A stretch of 64,000 bases of DNA from an uncultured Clostridia bacterium (GCA_934133165.1 CAKPAW010000001.1:98756-162755), one strand, 5' to 3'. Shown: positions 10,347-20,768, counted from the stretch's first letter. Program-made: numbers and translations. Notes: generated by a model not told the origin, from the sequence alone.

Positions 10347-10796
10347 TTAACCCCTCCAACCTTTTACTACGATTGCAAATATTAATGGTAATACTTGCGC
10401 TATTACAAATATTGTAATAATTGAAATCATAATAGCAAAACCTTTATCTCTTGTGTCTAATTTACGAATACCTAAAACATATTGGTAAATAGCACTAATA
10501 GCTATTCCTACAAAACAAAATGGAATACTATAAATTTGTACTTTATTTAATATGTATGCTGTTAATCCGTATGTTTCTGAGCCATATGCTGCTTGATAAT
10601 CTTCTAATGTTTTTTTCTCATTATCTTTTATTTCTACTAATTGACTCATTGTTTCACTTTGTTTTACTTCATTTGATATTGAATTTGTTGTTGCTTTTGT
10701 TGTTTTTGCATTAATAGCATTTGTATTAGTTGCAAATACTGCTGTAGTAGAAAATATACAAATAACAATAGCAAAAACTATACTTATTTTTTTCAT
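10347..10796 (-). CDS. Small secreted/membrane-anchored hypothetical protein (signal peptide plus two C-terminal TM helices)
   Basis: MKKISIVFAIVICIFSTTAVFA signal peptide. Ends 4 nt before the 796-aa gene, so probably co-operonic. Confidence 0.5.
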   Translation of the reverse strand: MKKISIVFAIVICIFSTTAVFATNTNAINAKTTKATTNSISNEVKQSETMSQLVEIKDNEKKTLEDYQAAYGSETYGLTAYILNKVQIYSIPFCFVGIAISAIYQYVLGIRKLDTRDKGFAIMISIITIFVIAQVLPLIFAIVVKGWRG

Positions 10797-10973
10797 TTAT
10801 AGTTGCCCCTTTCTAGCATTTCCTATTTTTTACTTTTCTGGCACAAATTATACTTATATTATAATACAATATTATCTAAAAAATAGCAAGAAAATATGAA
10901 TAATTTTTTTATTTTCTTTTAGGGAAACTAGACTAAAACGAAAAAGGAGACTTTTTTACAGCCTCCTTTTATT

Positions 10974-12062
10974 TTACTTTAATGATGTACTATTATTTAT
11001 TATTAAAATACTATATATGAATAATATGTCTTGATTTGAAAAATTAATGTATTCATTTAATATTTTTGGTGATATATATCTAGTATCGACTACTGTAATT
11101 TTTTTGTAACCTGATACTAATAATGGAATTAAACTACTTGCATAAGAGTCTCTAAATACCACTAGTTCTTTTGTAGATTCACTTTTATCATTTTCTATTG
11201 TTAGTAATGGCACAGCACCTGATAAATATATATCATATTTATCTAAACTATCTTTCTTAGACATATCATATATTTTTGTATATTCTTTTGTTTCATAATT
11301 ATAAACTTTGCAGTTTTCTAAAATATCATTGGTTAATATTTTTATTTCATCTTCTTGCGTTTCTAATGGAAGTTGTCCTGCATATGCTCCTTCAAATTTA
11401 ATAATACTTTTTTGTTCATATTCATTTTCTATTTTTACATTCATTTCATTTGCTATAGTATTTGCTACTTTTAGTAAATTTTCTTGTTTCCAATGAGTAT
11501 CCGTTTTATAATAGTCTGATAATTGCAATTCATCAAAAATGTTAATATATTTTGCAAACTGTAGATTTTCCTTTAATATATATTCTATTTTATTATAATC
11601 TAATTTCAAATTGTCCTCATTTACAAAATAATTCTTATCTGGAACTATTGAAAAATATATATTATTTTCATCTGTTAAATTTTCTTTTTTAATTTGCGTT
11701 ATTTTATCTGCTATATTTTGAACTGAACTTTCATTTAACGGATATGTTTGTCCTATTATATATTCTTTGTTTTTGTATAAATTATCGTAATCTTTCTTTT
11801 TAAAAATATTAAGTTCTACATTTGTTTTTAATTTTCTCATATTTTGTCTTTGAACAAATTGATCTGTTACATATAAGTCAAATTTTTCAAAAAATGTTCC
11901 ATTAAATAATTTTGATATTGAAAATGAAGGTAGTTGTTCTAATTTTCTTCTTTCTGCTATAGAAATAGTATCATCTTTTTTTATTATATTTATAAAAAAT
12001 ATAAGTATAATAAAAAATAAAAACATTATTGTAACTACAATATTTTTTACTTTATCTGTCAT
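10974..12062 (-). CDS. DHHW-family protein (partner of MBOAT O-acyltransferases)
   Basis: DTHW motif (KTDTHWKQ), N-terminal TM anchor, directly downstream of the MBOAT gene. Start at the ATG at 12062 with a GGAGGG RBS; the track start is TTG. Confidence 0.7.
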   Translation of the reverse strand: MTDKVKNIVVTIMFLFFIILIFFINIIKKDDTISIAERRKLEQLPSFSISKLFNGTFFEKFDLYVTDQFVQRQNMRKLKTNVELNIFKKKDYDNLYKNKEYIIGQTYPLNESSVQNIADKITQIKKENLTDENNIYFSIVPDKNYFVNEDNLKLDYNKIEYILKENLQFAKYINIFDELQLSDYYKTDTHWKQENLLKVANTIANEMNVKIENEYEQKSIIKFEGAYAGQLPLETQEDEIKILTNDILENCKVYNYETKEYTKIYDMSKKDSLDKYDIYLSGAVPLLTIENDKSESTKELVVFRDSYASSLIPLLVSGYKKITVVDTRYISPKILNEYINFSNQDILFIYSILIINNSTSLK

Positions 12063-12079
12063 TTTTCCCTCCAATTCTT

Positions 12080-13471
12080 TTAAAATCTAAAATACAAAAA
12101 TGGATTATATGAGTTATCTACTAAATAAGCTGTAACAATAATTAATAATATAATTATAAATATAGGTTCTAACAAATTTATAACTTTTTTTATACTTTTT
12201 TTCATTTTCAACTTTGTTATGCATTCTTTTAGTAATGGTGTTGCTCCTATTATTGAAACTAGAAGTATTATAAAGTATTTCTTTAAGCAGTATAATGTAT
12301 AATCGTTTATAAACACTTCTTTATTTATACCAAATAAACCATTTATATTGATTATTGCATCTGATATATTATTTGCATTAAATATAATAAAACTTATAAT
12401 TACTATAAAAAGTACATACATTCTTTTAAATATGTTAGGTAACTTTTCTATATATTTTCCAAGCCATAACTTTTCTATTATAAGTATTATTCCAAACATT
12501 AATCCCCATATAACAAAATTCCAACTTGCTCCATGCCATATTCCTGTAAGAGTCCAAACTATAAGTAAATTTCTTACTAATACCTTTTTTCCTTTTTTGC
12601 TTCCACCTAACGGAATATATACATAGTCTCTAAACCATGAGCTTAGTGATATATGCCATCTTCTCCAAAATTCTGTTATGCTCTTTGATATGTATGGATA
12701 ATTAAAGTTTTCAAGAAATTCAAATCCAAATATTCTTCCTAACCCTATTGCCATATCTGAATACGCCGAAAAATCAAAATATATTTGCAACATATAGCTT
12801 ATTCCAAAAATCCAATAAAAAACTATACTCTTTTCATTTGTTGCTGTAAATAACTCACATAACTCTCCTAGCATATTTGCAATTAACACTTTTTTGCCTA
12901 ATCCTATTGTAAATCTTCTAACTCCATACGCAAACTTTTCAAAGGTATGTTTTCTATTATTTAACTCTTCTTCTATTGTTTCATATCTTACTATTGGTCC
13001 TGCAATTAATTGTGGAAATAATGAAACATATGTTGCAAGTTTTAATAAGTTTTTTTGTACTCTTACTTTATTTCTATATACATCTACCTCATAACTAATA
13101 ATTTGGAAAGTATAAAATGAAATTCCTATTGGTAAAGCAATTCTTAATATTGGTATATTTACACTTAATATATTATTTATATTTTCTAATATAAAGTCTG
13201 TATACTTAAATATTCCTAATAAAGCTAAATGTATTATAATTATGCATATTAATATTGATTTATTTTTGTACTTATCTATAAAAATTGCACCTATATATGC
13301 TATTAATATTTCAGCTAACATTAAAAATATATATTTAGGCTCACCATAAAAGTAAAAAGCCATAGATGCTATAAATAGTATGAAATTCTTTGCCTTTTTA
13401 GGAACAACAAAATATAGTATTAATACTATGGGCAAAAAATAATATAAAAAACTTATACTTGTAAAAAGCAT
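12080..13471 (-). CDS. MBOAT-family membrane-bound O-acyltransferase (AlgI/DltB-like)
   Basis: Polytopic membrane protein with the conserved MBOAT His region (WHISLSSWFRDYVYIPLGG). Confidence 0.85.
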   Translation of the reverse strand: MLFTSISFLYYFLPIVLILYFVVPKKAKNFILFIASMAFYFYGEPKYIFLMLAEILIAYIGAIFIDKYKNKSILICIIIIHLALLGIFKYTDFILENINNILSVNIPILRIALPIGISFYTFQIISYEVDVYRNKVRVQKNLLKLATYVSLFPQLIAGPIVRYETIEEELNNRKHTFEKFAYGVRRFTIGLGKKVLIANMLGELCELFTATNEKSIVFYWIFGISYMLQIYFDFSAYSDMAIGLGRIFGFEFLENFNYPYISKSITEFWRRWHISLSSWFRDYVYIPLGGSKKGKKVLVRNLLIVWTLTGIWHGASWNFVIWGLMFGIILIIEKLWLGKYIEKLPNIFKRMYVLFIVIISFIIFNANNISDAIININGLFGINKEVFINDYTLYCLKKYFIILLVSIIGATPLLKECITKLKMKKSIKKVINLLEPIFIIILLIIVTAYLVDNSYNPFLYFRF

Positions 13472-13523
13472 TTTTTCCTCCTATTAATAAAGCTTCCTCT
13501 TTTAAGGAAGCTTTATTATTTTA

Positions 13524-14108
13524 TTATTGTACTATCATTTGTGGTGGAAGATTTATATTTTCCTCTTCAGCCTTTTCTAGTTCTTTTCCTATGTTATTTC
13601 CTACATATTCTTTAAATTCATTATATACTGGCTTTGCCCAATCTTCATTAGACATTACCATAAAAATTGTATTTTCATTGTTAGTTATATACATTTTTTC
13701 AGCTGAAACGCAAATCCATTTTGACATATTTATATTTTCTAACATTTCTTTTTTTATTTCTTCAATATTTGCTCCTGATTTTACTTTAACAGTAACTGCT
13801 GAATATGCTTGTGAAGACATTAGTGGTTCAGATACAATTATTTTTTCAATGTCTTTATTTGATTTTAATCCTGTATATTCTTTAACTTGTGTTTCATCTT
13901 TTATAGAAATTTCTTGTGTTTCTAAGTTTGGTAACTTTTCTCCTAATTTACTATAAATTGTCTTAAACATTTCTTTCATTTGTTCTGTTGTTTCAATTTT
14001 ACCTTCCTCGTTACCTTTATTTTTGTTATTTATAATTAAAATAGTTCCTATTATAACTGCTAATATTATAACTGCAATTATAATTATAGTTAAAGTTTGT
14101 TTTTTCAT
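13524..14108 (-). CDS. Hypothetical N-terminally anchored extracytoplasmic protein
   Basis: Signal-anchor MKKQTLTIIIIAVIILAVIIGTILI followed by a hydrophilic domain. Confidence 0.45.
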   Translation of the reverse strand: MKKQTLTIIIIAVIILAVIIGTILIINNKNKGNEEGKIETTEQMKEMFKTIYSKLGEKLPNLETQEISIKDETQVKEYTGLKSNKDIEKIIVSEPLMSSQAYSAVTVKVKSGANIEEIKKEMLENINMSKWICVSAEKMYITNNENTIFMVMSNEDWAKPVYNEFKEYVGNNIGKELEKAEEENINLPPQMIVQ

Positions 14109-14259
14109 ATGTATATTCCTCCTAATTTTTTTCTTAATTATACTTTAACATATTTTATAAAAAAAATAAACACTTTTAGTTAAAAATTATTTTGTATAAT
14201 TTGTATATTTACATTTAATATTCAATATACTTATATAAAAACATTTAGTGAGGTATTTT

Positions 14260-14718
14260 ATGAAGAATTTTGGATTATATTTAAAATCTATTTTATTTCC
14301 TGTTATAGTTGGTGGAGTCGTTGGTCTTATTATTTCAAACTTTATGGATTATAACACTCTTGTAAAGCCACCATTAGCACCTCCTAGTATTTTATTTCCT
14401 ATAATGTGGACTATTTTATATATTTTAATGGGAATTTCTTACGGAATACTAAAGAGTAACTATAAAGTAGATATGGATGTTAAATTTATTTATTATTTAC
14501 AATTAGGAGTAAATGCTTTATGGTCAATTTTCTTCTTTGTTTGTAAATTACGACTATTTTCTTTTGTTTGGATACTTTTACTTGCATTACTCGTATTTAT
14601 TATGATTATTAAATTTTATCAAAAAAATAAAGTAGCAGGTCTTTTGCAAATTCCTTATCTTTTATGGGTTCTATTTGCTTCTTATTTGAATTTTGGCTTT
14701 TATTTGTTAAATAGTTAA
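14260..14718 (+). CDS. tspO: TspO/MBR tryptophan-rich sensory protein
   Basis: Five-TM, approximately 150-aa protein with W/Y-rich helices (PIMWTILYILMGISYG). ATG at 14260 preceded by a GTGAGG SD; the track start is GTG. Confidence 0.75.
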   Translation: MKNFGLYLKSILFPVIVGGVVGLIISNFMDYNTLVKPPLAPPSILFPIMWTILYILMGISYGILKSNYKVDMDVKFIYYLQLGVNALWSIFFFVCKLRLFSFVWILLLALLVFIMIIKFYQKNKVAGLLQIPYLLWVLFASYLNFGFYLLNS

Positions 14719-14795
14719 TTAGTATTCTTGCACAATATAAACTGATAGAATCTTATTACTCTTATTATATTTTATATTATAATTAGGTTAGTAAA

Positions 14796-14824
14796 AGGTG
14801 GTATTCTTTAGTACCACTTTTTTT
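14796..14824 (+). terminator. Rho-independent terminator after tspO
   Basis: Stem GTGGTA/TACCAC with a T7 run. Confidence 0.55.
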
Positions 14825-14876
14825 ATATAGTACCAAAGTTCTCCTTGTAGGAGAACTTTCTGTACTAGATAAATAT

Positions 14877-14930
14877 GGCGAGCCTTAGATTTTCTTAAAA
14901 TTTGCATTTGATAGAAAATCTTAGGCTCGC
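14877..14930. repeat. Palindromic terminator repeat family, copy 1 (arms GCGAGCCTAAGATTTTCT)
   Basis: 18-bp inverted arms with a 17-nt loop, in the convergent gap between tspO and sigK. Near-identical arms recur at 20042-20096 and 30316-30364. Confidence 0.7.
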
Positions 14931-14962
14931 TCTTTTATTTTATTTATTAATCAATACTATAC

Positions 14963-15661
14963 TTATTCTTTAATTTCTTTTGCAAGTTTTCCTATTGCTT
15001 TCGTTTCTATCCTAGAAACATATGAACGAGATATTCCCATCATTTTTGCAATTTGATTTTGAGTCCTTGGTTTATTACCATCTAATCCAAATCTCATTTC
15101 TATTATCAATTTTTCTCTATCTTTTAATACTAATTTCATTTTTTCATACAATTTCTTTACTTTCATTTTCAAATCAACTTCATCTTCTATGTTCTTTTCA
15201 CTATTTTCTAACACATCTTTTAATGTAACTGTATTATCATCTTTGTCTTTTCCTATTGCATCTTCTAAAGAAACCTCTGCTCCTATCTTTTTTGTACTTC
15301 TCAAATGCATTAGAATTTCATTATCTATGCATCTTGAAACATATGTGGATAATTTAACATTTTTACTTGGTTTAAAGCTATTTATTCCTTTTATTAAACC
15401 TATTGTTCCTATAGAAATTAAATCATCTTGTGAAACTTTTGTTGCTATATATTTTTTAGAAACATGCGCAACTAATCTTAAATTTCTTTCTATTAATATG
15501 TTTCTTGCTTCTTCGTCACCTTGACCTAGTTTTTCTAAATATAAATTTTCTTCTTCAGCAGTTAGTGGTTCTGGAAACAATTGATTATTTGATATATAAC
15601 CTACAAGAAATACCGCTCCTTGTAAAAACGTTAAAAAACTTGAAAGAGTAAGGGCTAGCAT
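14963..15661 (-). CDS. sigK: RNA polymerase sporulation sigma factor SigK (pro-sigma-K), uninterrupted
   Basis: Pro-sequence plus FLVGYISNNQLFPEPLTAEEE...ARNILIERNLRLVAHVSKKY and RFGLDG...SRSYVSRIETKA match pro-sigma-K rather than SigE. GGAGGTG RBS. Confidence 0.85.
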   Translation of the reverse strand: MLALTLSSFLTFLQGAVFLVGYISNNQLFPEPLTAEEENLYLEKLGQGDEEARNILIERNLRLVAHVSKKYIATKVSQDDLISIGTIGLIKGINSFKPSKNVKLSTYVSRCIDNEILMHLRSTKKIGAEVSLEDAIGKDKDDNTVTLKDVLENSEKNIEDEVDLKMKVKKLYEKMKLVLKDREKLIIEMRFGLDGNKPRTQNQIAKMMGISRSYVSRIETKAIGKLAKEIKE

Positions 15662-15777
15662 ACAAGCACCTCCATTTTTTTACTATACCAAATTATATGT
15701 ATAAAAAAATTAAAAGTGCCTGACCTTTAAAATAATACATGCATAGACATACTAAAATATATCTATGCATATAAATT

Positions 15778-16854
15778 TTATAAACTATTATTCAATTTTT
15801 CTATCTGTTCATTAATTTTATTAATATCAAATCCACTTGTTTTTTCATCTGTTATATTATATTTTTCTTTAATTCTTAAAATTTTTTCTACACTCTTATT
15901 AATTCTTTCTTCAGATATTTTTCCTTTCTTTATTTGATCAATTATATATTTTATAATTTTATCTACCTTTTTGTATGAAAGATCTATCATAACTATATCA
16001 TTGCCTGCTAAAATTGCTCTTTTCACTGCTCTTTTCATATTATAATGCAATCTTATTGCCATCATTTTCATATCATCTGTAATTATTAAACCATGGTAAT
16101 TATATTTTTCTATCAAATATTTTTGAATTACTTTTTTCGAAAGTGAAGCAGGATATTTTTTATCTACATCTTTTATAATAAGATGTCCTACCATTATTGC
16201 ATCTGCTCCATTTTTTATTGCTTCTCCAAAAGGTTGCATGTCTTCTTTTTGTAGTTGTTCAATTTTTTCTTTTATTTTTGGAATCCTAAAATGTGAATCC
16301 TTTTTTGTAAGTCCATGTCCAGGAAAATGTTTTATTACTGATATAACATTATTTTGTTGTATCTTTTTCATAACTTCTATTGCATATTTTTCTACATCTT
16401 CTTTGTTTTCTCCATAGCACCTATCTCCTATTGCATGTTTTTCTTCAAATCTTCTTATATCTAATATAGGAGCATAGTCCATAGATATACCTGTTTCGCT
16501 TAGCATTTTTCCTATAATATTTCCTGTTTCTTTGACTAGTTCTACATCTTTTGAATTTGCAAATTTTGTAGCACTCTTTAAATTTAAAATTTCAGGAGGC
16601 ATACGATTTACTCTTCCTCCTTCTTGATCTACACTAATAGTTATAGGAATTTTATTTTCTGCATTCATTTCTTTTATATTGTTTATTAAACCTAACATTT
16701 GTTCATAATTGTTATAATTCTTTTTATAAATAATTATTCCACCTATTTTTAGTTTTTTTATAATGCTATCTGTTTCTTTCTGTTCTTTATCTTCTAATCC
16801 CATTATAAGCATTTGTCCGATTTTTTCTTCTAAACTTAGTTCTTTTATATCCAT
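15778..16854 (-). CDS. Glycoside hydrolase family 3 beta-N-acetylhexosaminidase (NagZ-like)
   Basis: KHFPGHG motif and GH3 N-terminal domain. Confidence 0.8.
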   Translation of the reverse strand: MDIKELSLEEKIGQMLIMGLEDKEQKETDSIIKKLKIGGIIIYKKNYNNYEQMLGLINNIKEMNAENKIPITISVDQEGGRVNRMPPEILNLKSATKFANSKDVELVKETGNIIGKMLSETGISMDYAPILDIRRFEEKHAIGDRCYGENKEDVEKYAIEVMKKIQQNNVISVIKHFPGHGLTKKDSHFRIPKIKEKIEQLQKEDMQPFGEAIKNGADAIMVGHLIIKDVDKKYPASLSKKVIQKYLIEKYNYHGLIITDDMKMMAIRLHYNMKRAVKRAILAGNDIVMIDLSYKKVDKIIKYIIDQIKKGKISEERINKSVEKILRIKEKYNITDEKTSGFDINKINEQIEKLNNSL

Positions 16855-17054
16855 ATTTATACCTATCCTTTACTATTTTCAATTTTATCATATACTAAAT
16901 TTTCATACAATATTTTTTAATAATTTACTCATATATTATTTTTCAAAGAATACTTTTATATTGTAGTTATTTCCTATTCAAAAATAATTTGAAAGATTCT
17001 AAAAATCTTTTATAACTATTTGTATTTTCAGATTTGATTAAAAGGATTGGTTTT

Positions 17055-17849
17055 ATGAATTTTCTACTTTCTGTAGGTAAAGGCATTTTAATAGGTATAG
17101 GAGCCGTGGTTCCTGGAATTAGTAGTGGTGTTTTATGTGTTATTTTTGGTATTTATGAGAAATTAATTGATAGTGTTTTAGGTATTTTTAAAGATTTTAA
17201 GAAAAATATACTTTTTTTGCTTCCTATAGTTTTAGGTACTATAATAGGTTTTCTTTTATTTGGAAATATATTAAATTATGCTTTTACAAATTTTGAAGCT
17301 GAATGTAAATTATTGTTTTTAGGTCTCATTTTAGGTTCTGTTCCATCTTTAATAAAAGATACAAATTCCAAAAGTCCCTTTAAACTTCATTATCTAATAT
17401 ATACTATTTTTGCATTTTTACTTGGTCTCTTTTTGTTTTTATTAGAAACTAAAATAAGTAATTTAAGCTTTATAAGTAATTGTAATACCACTTATCTTAT
17501 TTTTTCCGGCTTTGCTATGTCTGCTGGAATTGTTATTCCTGGTGTAAGTAGTACTATTCTTTTAATGTGTTTTGGAATTTATGATGTATATCTTCAATCA
17601 CTTGCAACTTTAAATTTAAGTATTTTAGTACCTATTGGACTTGGTTGTTTGGTTGGAGGTTTTATATTTTTATTGCTTATCAGATTTTTATTAAAAAAGC
17701 ATTATTCCCAAACTTCTTATTCTATTATTGGCTTTGTATTAGGAAGCATTTTTGTACTAATTCCTAACACTTTTACTTTTACATCTATAATTTTATTTTT
17801 TGTTGGTTTTATTATTGCATTTAAGTTAGAAAATTTAAAAAATTGTTAG
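17055..17849 (+). CDS. DUF368-family membrane protein (putative undecaprenyl-phosphate translocase family)
   Basis: Repeated GxSSG/GISRSG-like motifs (PGISSGVL, PGVSSTIL). Start at the ATG at 17055; the track start is TTG. Confidence 0.7.
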   Translation: MNFLLSVGKGILIGIGAVVPGISSGVLCVIFGIYEKLIDSVLGIFKDFKKNILFLLPIVLGTIIGFLLFGNILNYAFTNFEAECKLLFLGLILGSVPSLIKDTNSKSPFKLHYLIYTIFAFLLGLFLFLLETKISNLSFISNCNTTYLIFSGFAMSAGIVIPGVSSTILLMCFGIYDVYLQSLATLNLSILVPIGLGCLVGGFIFLLLIRFLLKKHYSQTSYSIIGFVLGSIFVLIPNTFTFTSIILFFVGFIIAFKLENLKNC

Positions 17850-18033
17850 TTAATATAATTTAATATTATTGTCTTTTTAACTTTTATTATTTACAAAAAT
17901 ATTATTAAATTTCTGTGACTACTAAGAAAGTATCAAAAAAATAGTGAGTTAGAATTTTTTTCTAATTCACTATTTTTCAATTATATTCATCATTTTATGT
18001 AAAGAACAAAATTGACCCGTCCCAAAATGTCCT

Positions 18034-19263
18034 TTATTTTTTTCTTCTTAAAATCCAATCTTTCTGAACTTCAATCGGAAGTCTCATAATTACTTTTTGT
18101 TCTACCTTTCCTGGATTTATATGTGTTATTTCTTCATTTGTATCTACTTCCCATAATTTATCTATTGTGAATTTTACAGTTTCTATCTGTCCAGGAACTA
18201 TAATTTCTAATTCATCTCCAACTTGTAATTTATTTTTAATTTCAATTATAGTCTTATCTTGCATACTTTCTACTACTTTTCCTCCAAATTCATAGTCTGA
18301 ATTATATTGTTTTCCCTCATATTCTTGTATATCTTTATTATTTCTATCATTAAAATAAAATGTTGATAATCCCCTTGTTTTTGTTTTTTCTAATTCTTTT
18401 AAATATTTTGTATAATCATATTTTTCAGGATCTTTCATATAATCATCTATTGCATTTCTGTATGCATTAACTACTGAAGCTAAATAATATTCTGTTTTTA
18501 GTCTTCCTTCGATTTTTAAGCTATCTACACCCATTTCTATAATTTCAGGAATTTCTTTTACTAAGCACATATCCTTTGATGAAAAAATATAAGTTCCCTT
18601 ATCATCATGCTCTACTGGCATTAAATTACCTGGTTTATTTGTTTCTTCAACATATACATTATATGCCCATCTGCAACTTTGTGCACAATCTCCTAAATTT
18701 GCACTTCTTCCTGCTAAGAAATCACTTAAAAAACATCTTCCTGAATACCCAAAACAAATTGCTCCATGTATAAATATTTCCACCTCTAAATCTTTAGGCT
18801 TATTTTCTATAAGTTCCTTTATTTGTTTTTTATTCATTTCACGTCCTAGTATTACACGTTTTGCTCCGTTTTTATACCAAAAATTTGCTGCATGATAGCT
18901 TATAGTATTAGCTTGTGTACTAATATGTAAAGGAATGTCTGGTGCATATTCTTTTAAAATATCTACTACTCCTCCATCTGCAACTATTATTCCATCTACT
19001 TTTAATTCATTAAGCATTTTTGCTTGTTCTATAATTTCTTCATATCTATCGTCCCAAGCATATATATTTATATTTGTATATACCTTTTTACCTATTGAAT
19101 GTGCATATTTTATTGTATTTGCTAGGTCATCATCTTTCATTTCTGCTCTTGTTCTTAAAGATAAGCTAGATGTACCTGCATATACTGCATCTGCTCCATA
19201 CATAAATGCTATTTTTGCTTTTTCAAAAGACCCTGCTGGGGCTAATAACTCTGGTTTTTTCAT
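18034..19263 (-). CDS. Peptidase U32 family protein (collagenase-like PrtC/YhbU)
   Basis: MKKPELLAPAGSFEKAKIAFMYGADAVY and CxxC motifs. Start moved to the ATG at 19263 with an AGGAAG SD. Confidence 0.85.
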   Translation of the reverse strand: MKKPELLAPAGSFEKAKIAFMYGADAVYAGTSSLSLRTRAEMKDDDLANTIKYAHSIGKKVYTNINIYAWDDRYEEIIEQAKMLNELKVDGIIVADGGVVDILKEYAPDIPLHISTQANTISYHAANFWYKNGAKRVILGREMNKKQIKELIENKPKDLEVEIFIHGAICFGYSGRCFLSDFLAGRSANLGDCAQSCRWAYNVYVEETNKPGNLMPVEHDDKGTYIFSSKDMCLVKEIPEIIEMGVDSLKIEGRLKTEYYLASVVNAYRNAIDDYMKDPEKYDYTKYLKELEKTKTRGLSTFYFNDRNNKDIQEYEGKQYNSDYEFGGKVVESMQDKTIIEIKNKLQVGDELEIIVPGQIETVKFTIDKLWEVDTNEEITHINPGKVEQKVIMRLPIEVQKDWILRRKK

Positions 19264-19492
19264 TTTTTTCTTCCTTTCAAATGTACATATATATTTCTTA
19301 ATTTCTTTAAGTATTATAACATGTATCATTTTAAAAGTAAACACAAATTGCTGTTAGCTTTTTTCGTAATGTATTTTCTACATTTTTTGACATAAAAATA
19401 TTTTCAAAATAAAATATATATTTATTTTAGTTAATTTTATTTACTTTATAAAACTCTTTTGATATTATATATCTAATAAAAAGGGGGACTTT

Positions 19493-20038
19493 ATGGATAA
19501 GGAGTTTTCAACTACAGAAAATAATAATTTTCATTTATATATATTATATTTTTTCATATTTGCTTTTGCTGGTTGGTTAATGGAAACAATTTATAGTTTT
19601 ATTGTATTAGGACATTTTACTATGCGTGGATTTTTGTATGGTCCTATTTGTCCAATATATGGTTATGGTGCTCTTATACTAATTATATTTCTTGGTAAAT
19701 ATAAAAATAATTTTGTAAAGCTTTTCACTTATGCTGCTGTTGTATGTTCTGTATTTGAATATTATACAAGTTATATTTTAGAGGTATTATTTCATTCTTA
19801 TTGGTGGGATTACAGAAACGATTTTTTAAACTTAAATGGTAGAATAAGTATTTTTTATACAGTTGCTTGGGGAATTATTGCTATTGTTTTCATCGGATTT
19901 ATTTATCCGTTTATCGATAAAAAAATGAATAATATTATTTCAAAAATTTCTTACTCTAAGCTAAAAATATTTAATATTATCGCTTTAGTTCTTATGGTAG
20001 CAGACACAATTCTATCTTCTATAAAATATTTAATATAA
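19493..20038 (+). CDS. Small polytopic membrane protein (DUF1113 / putative ABC-transporter type IV-like)
   Basis: AGWLMETIYS motif and four TM helices. AAGGGGG RBS. Confidence 0.5.
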   Translation: MDKEFSTTENNNFHLYILYFFIFAFAGWLMETIYSFIVLGHFTMRGFLYGPICPIYGYGALILIIFLGKYKNNFVKLFTYAAVVCSVFEYYTSYILEVLFHSYWWDYRNDFLNLNGRISIFYTVAWGIIAIVFIGFIYPFIDKKMNNIISKISYSKLKIFNIIALVLMVADTILSSIKYLI

Positions 20039-20041
20039 AAA

Positions 20042-20096
20042 GGCGAGCTTAAGATTTTCTAATAAATGTAAATTTTAAGAAAATCTAGAGCTCGCC
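20042..20096. repeat. Palindromic terminator repeat family, copy 2
   Basis: GGCGAGCTTAAGATTTTCT ... AGAAAATCTAGAGCTCGCC in a convergent gap. Confidence 0.7.
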
Positions 20097-20177
20097 ATCT
20101 TTATCTTCTACAGAAAATTATCATACTATGATAATTTTCTGTAGAAGATAAAGAAAGACAGATATAATTCTGTCTTT

Positions 20178-20768
20178 TTAATTTTTAAACTTTGAAATTG
20201 CAAGTCCATCTCCTACTTCTAAAATTTCTGTTTCTAAATTAGGATTTTCTGTAACTTCATGAATGTATTCTCTTAAGTTTCTTACAGCTGTACGTTGTTT
20301 ATGCTTGTTGTAATCACTCATTACGTACCCTTTATATAAGATATTGTCTGCTAATATTACACCATTTTTTTCAAGCATTCGTAAAGCTTCTTTTAGGAAA
20401 AATGGATATTTTCCCTTTGCAGCATCTATAAATATCATGTCATATTTTCCAGTAAGTGTAGGTAATATTTCTACCGCATCACCTTCTAATATATTAATTT
20501 TCTCTGCAACTCCTACTTTTTCAATATTTACTTTTGCTTCCGCTATTCTTTCTTTGTCTCTTTCTATAGTATCTATTATCCCATCTTCTTGTAGATATTT
20601 AGAAAAGCACATTGCAGAATACCCTACAGCAGTTCCTATTTCAAGTATTTTCTTAGGTTTTGTTTCTTTCAATATTTTATCTACCACTTCTAAAGTATCA
20701 TCCATTATTATTGGTATATGTTCTTCTAATGCTTTTTCTTTTATTTTTTGTAATTCTTCTTTATTCAT
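20178..20768 (-). CDS. Class I SAM-dependent O-methyltransferase (YrrM/TrmR-like)
   Basis: O-methyltransferase family 3 motifs (ILEIGTAVGYSA, DMIFIDAAK). Confidence 0.75.
   Translation of the reverse strand: MNKEELQKIKEKALEEHIPIIMDDTLEVVDKILKETKPKKILEIGTAVGYSAMCFSKYLQEDGIIDTIERDKERIAEAKVNIEKVGVAEKINILEGDAVEILPTLTGKYDMIFIDAAKGKYPFFLKEALRMLEKNGVILADNILYKGYVMSDYNKHKQRTAVRNLREYIHEVTENPNLETEILEVGDGLAISKFKN

Noticed and set aside
15662-15777. Possible sigE/sigK-type promoter (CATAGATAT / CATGTATTA) upstream of sigK.
   Set aside because: Matches to CATA---TA are weak and ambiguous in this AT-rich spacer. They cannot be supported without transcript mapping.
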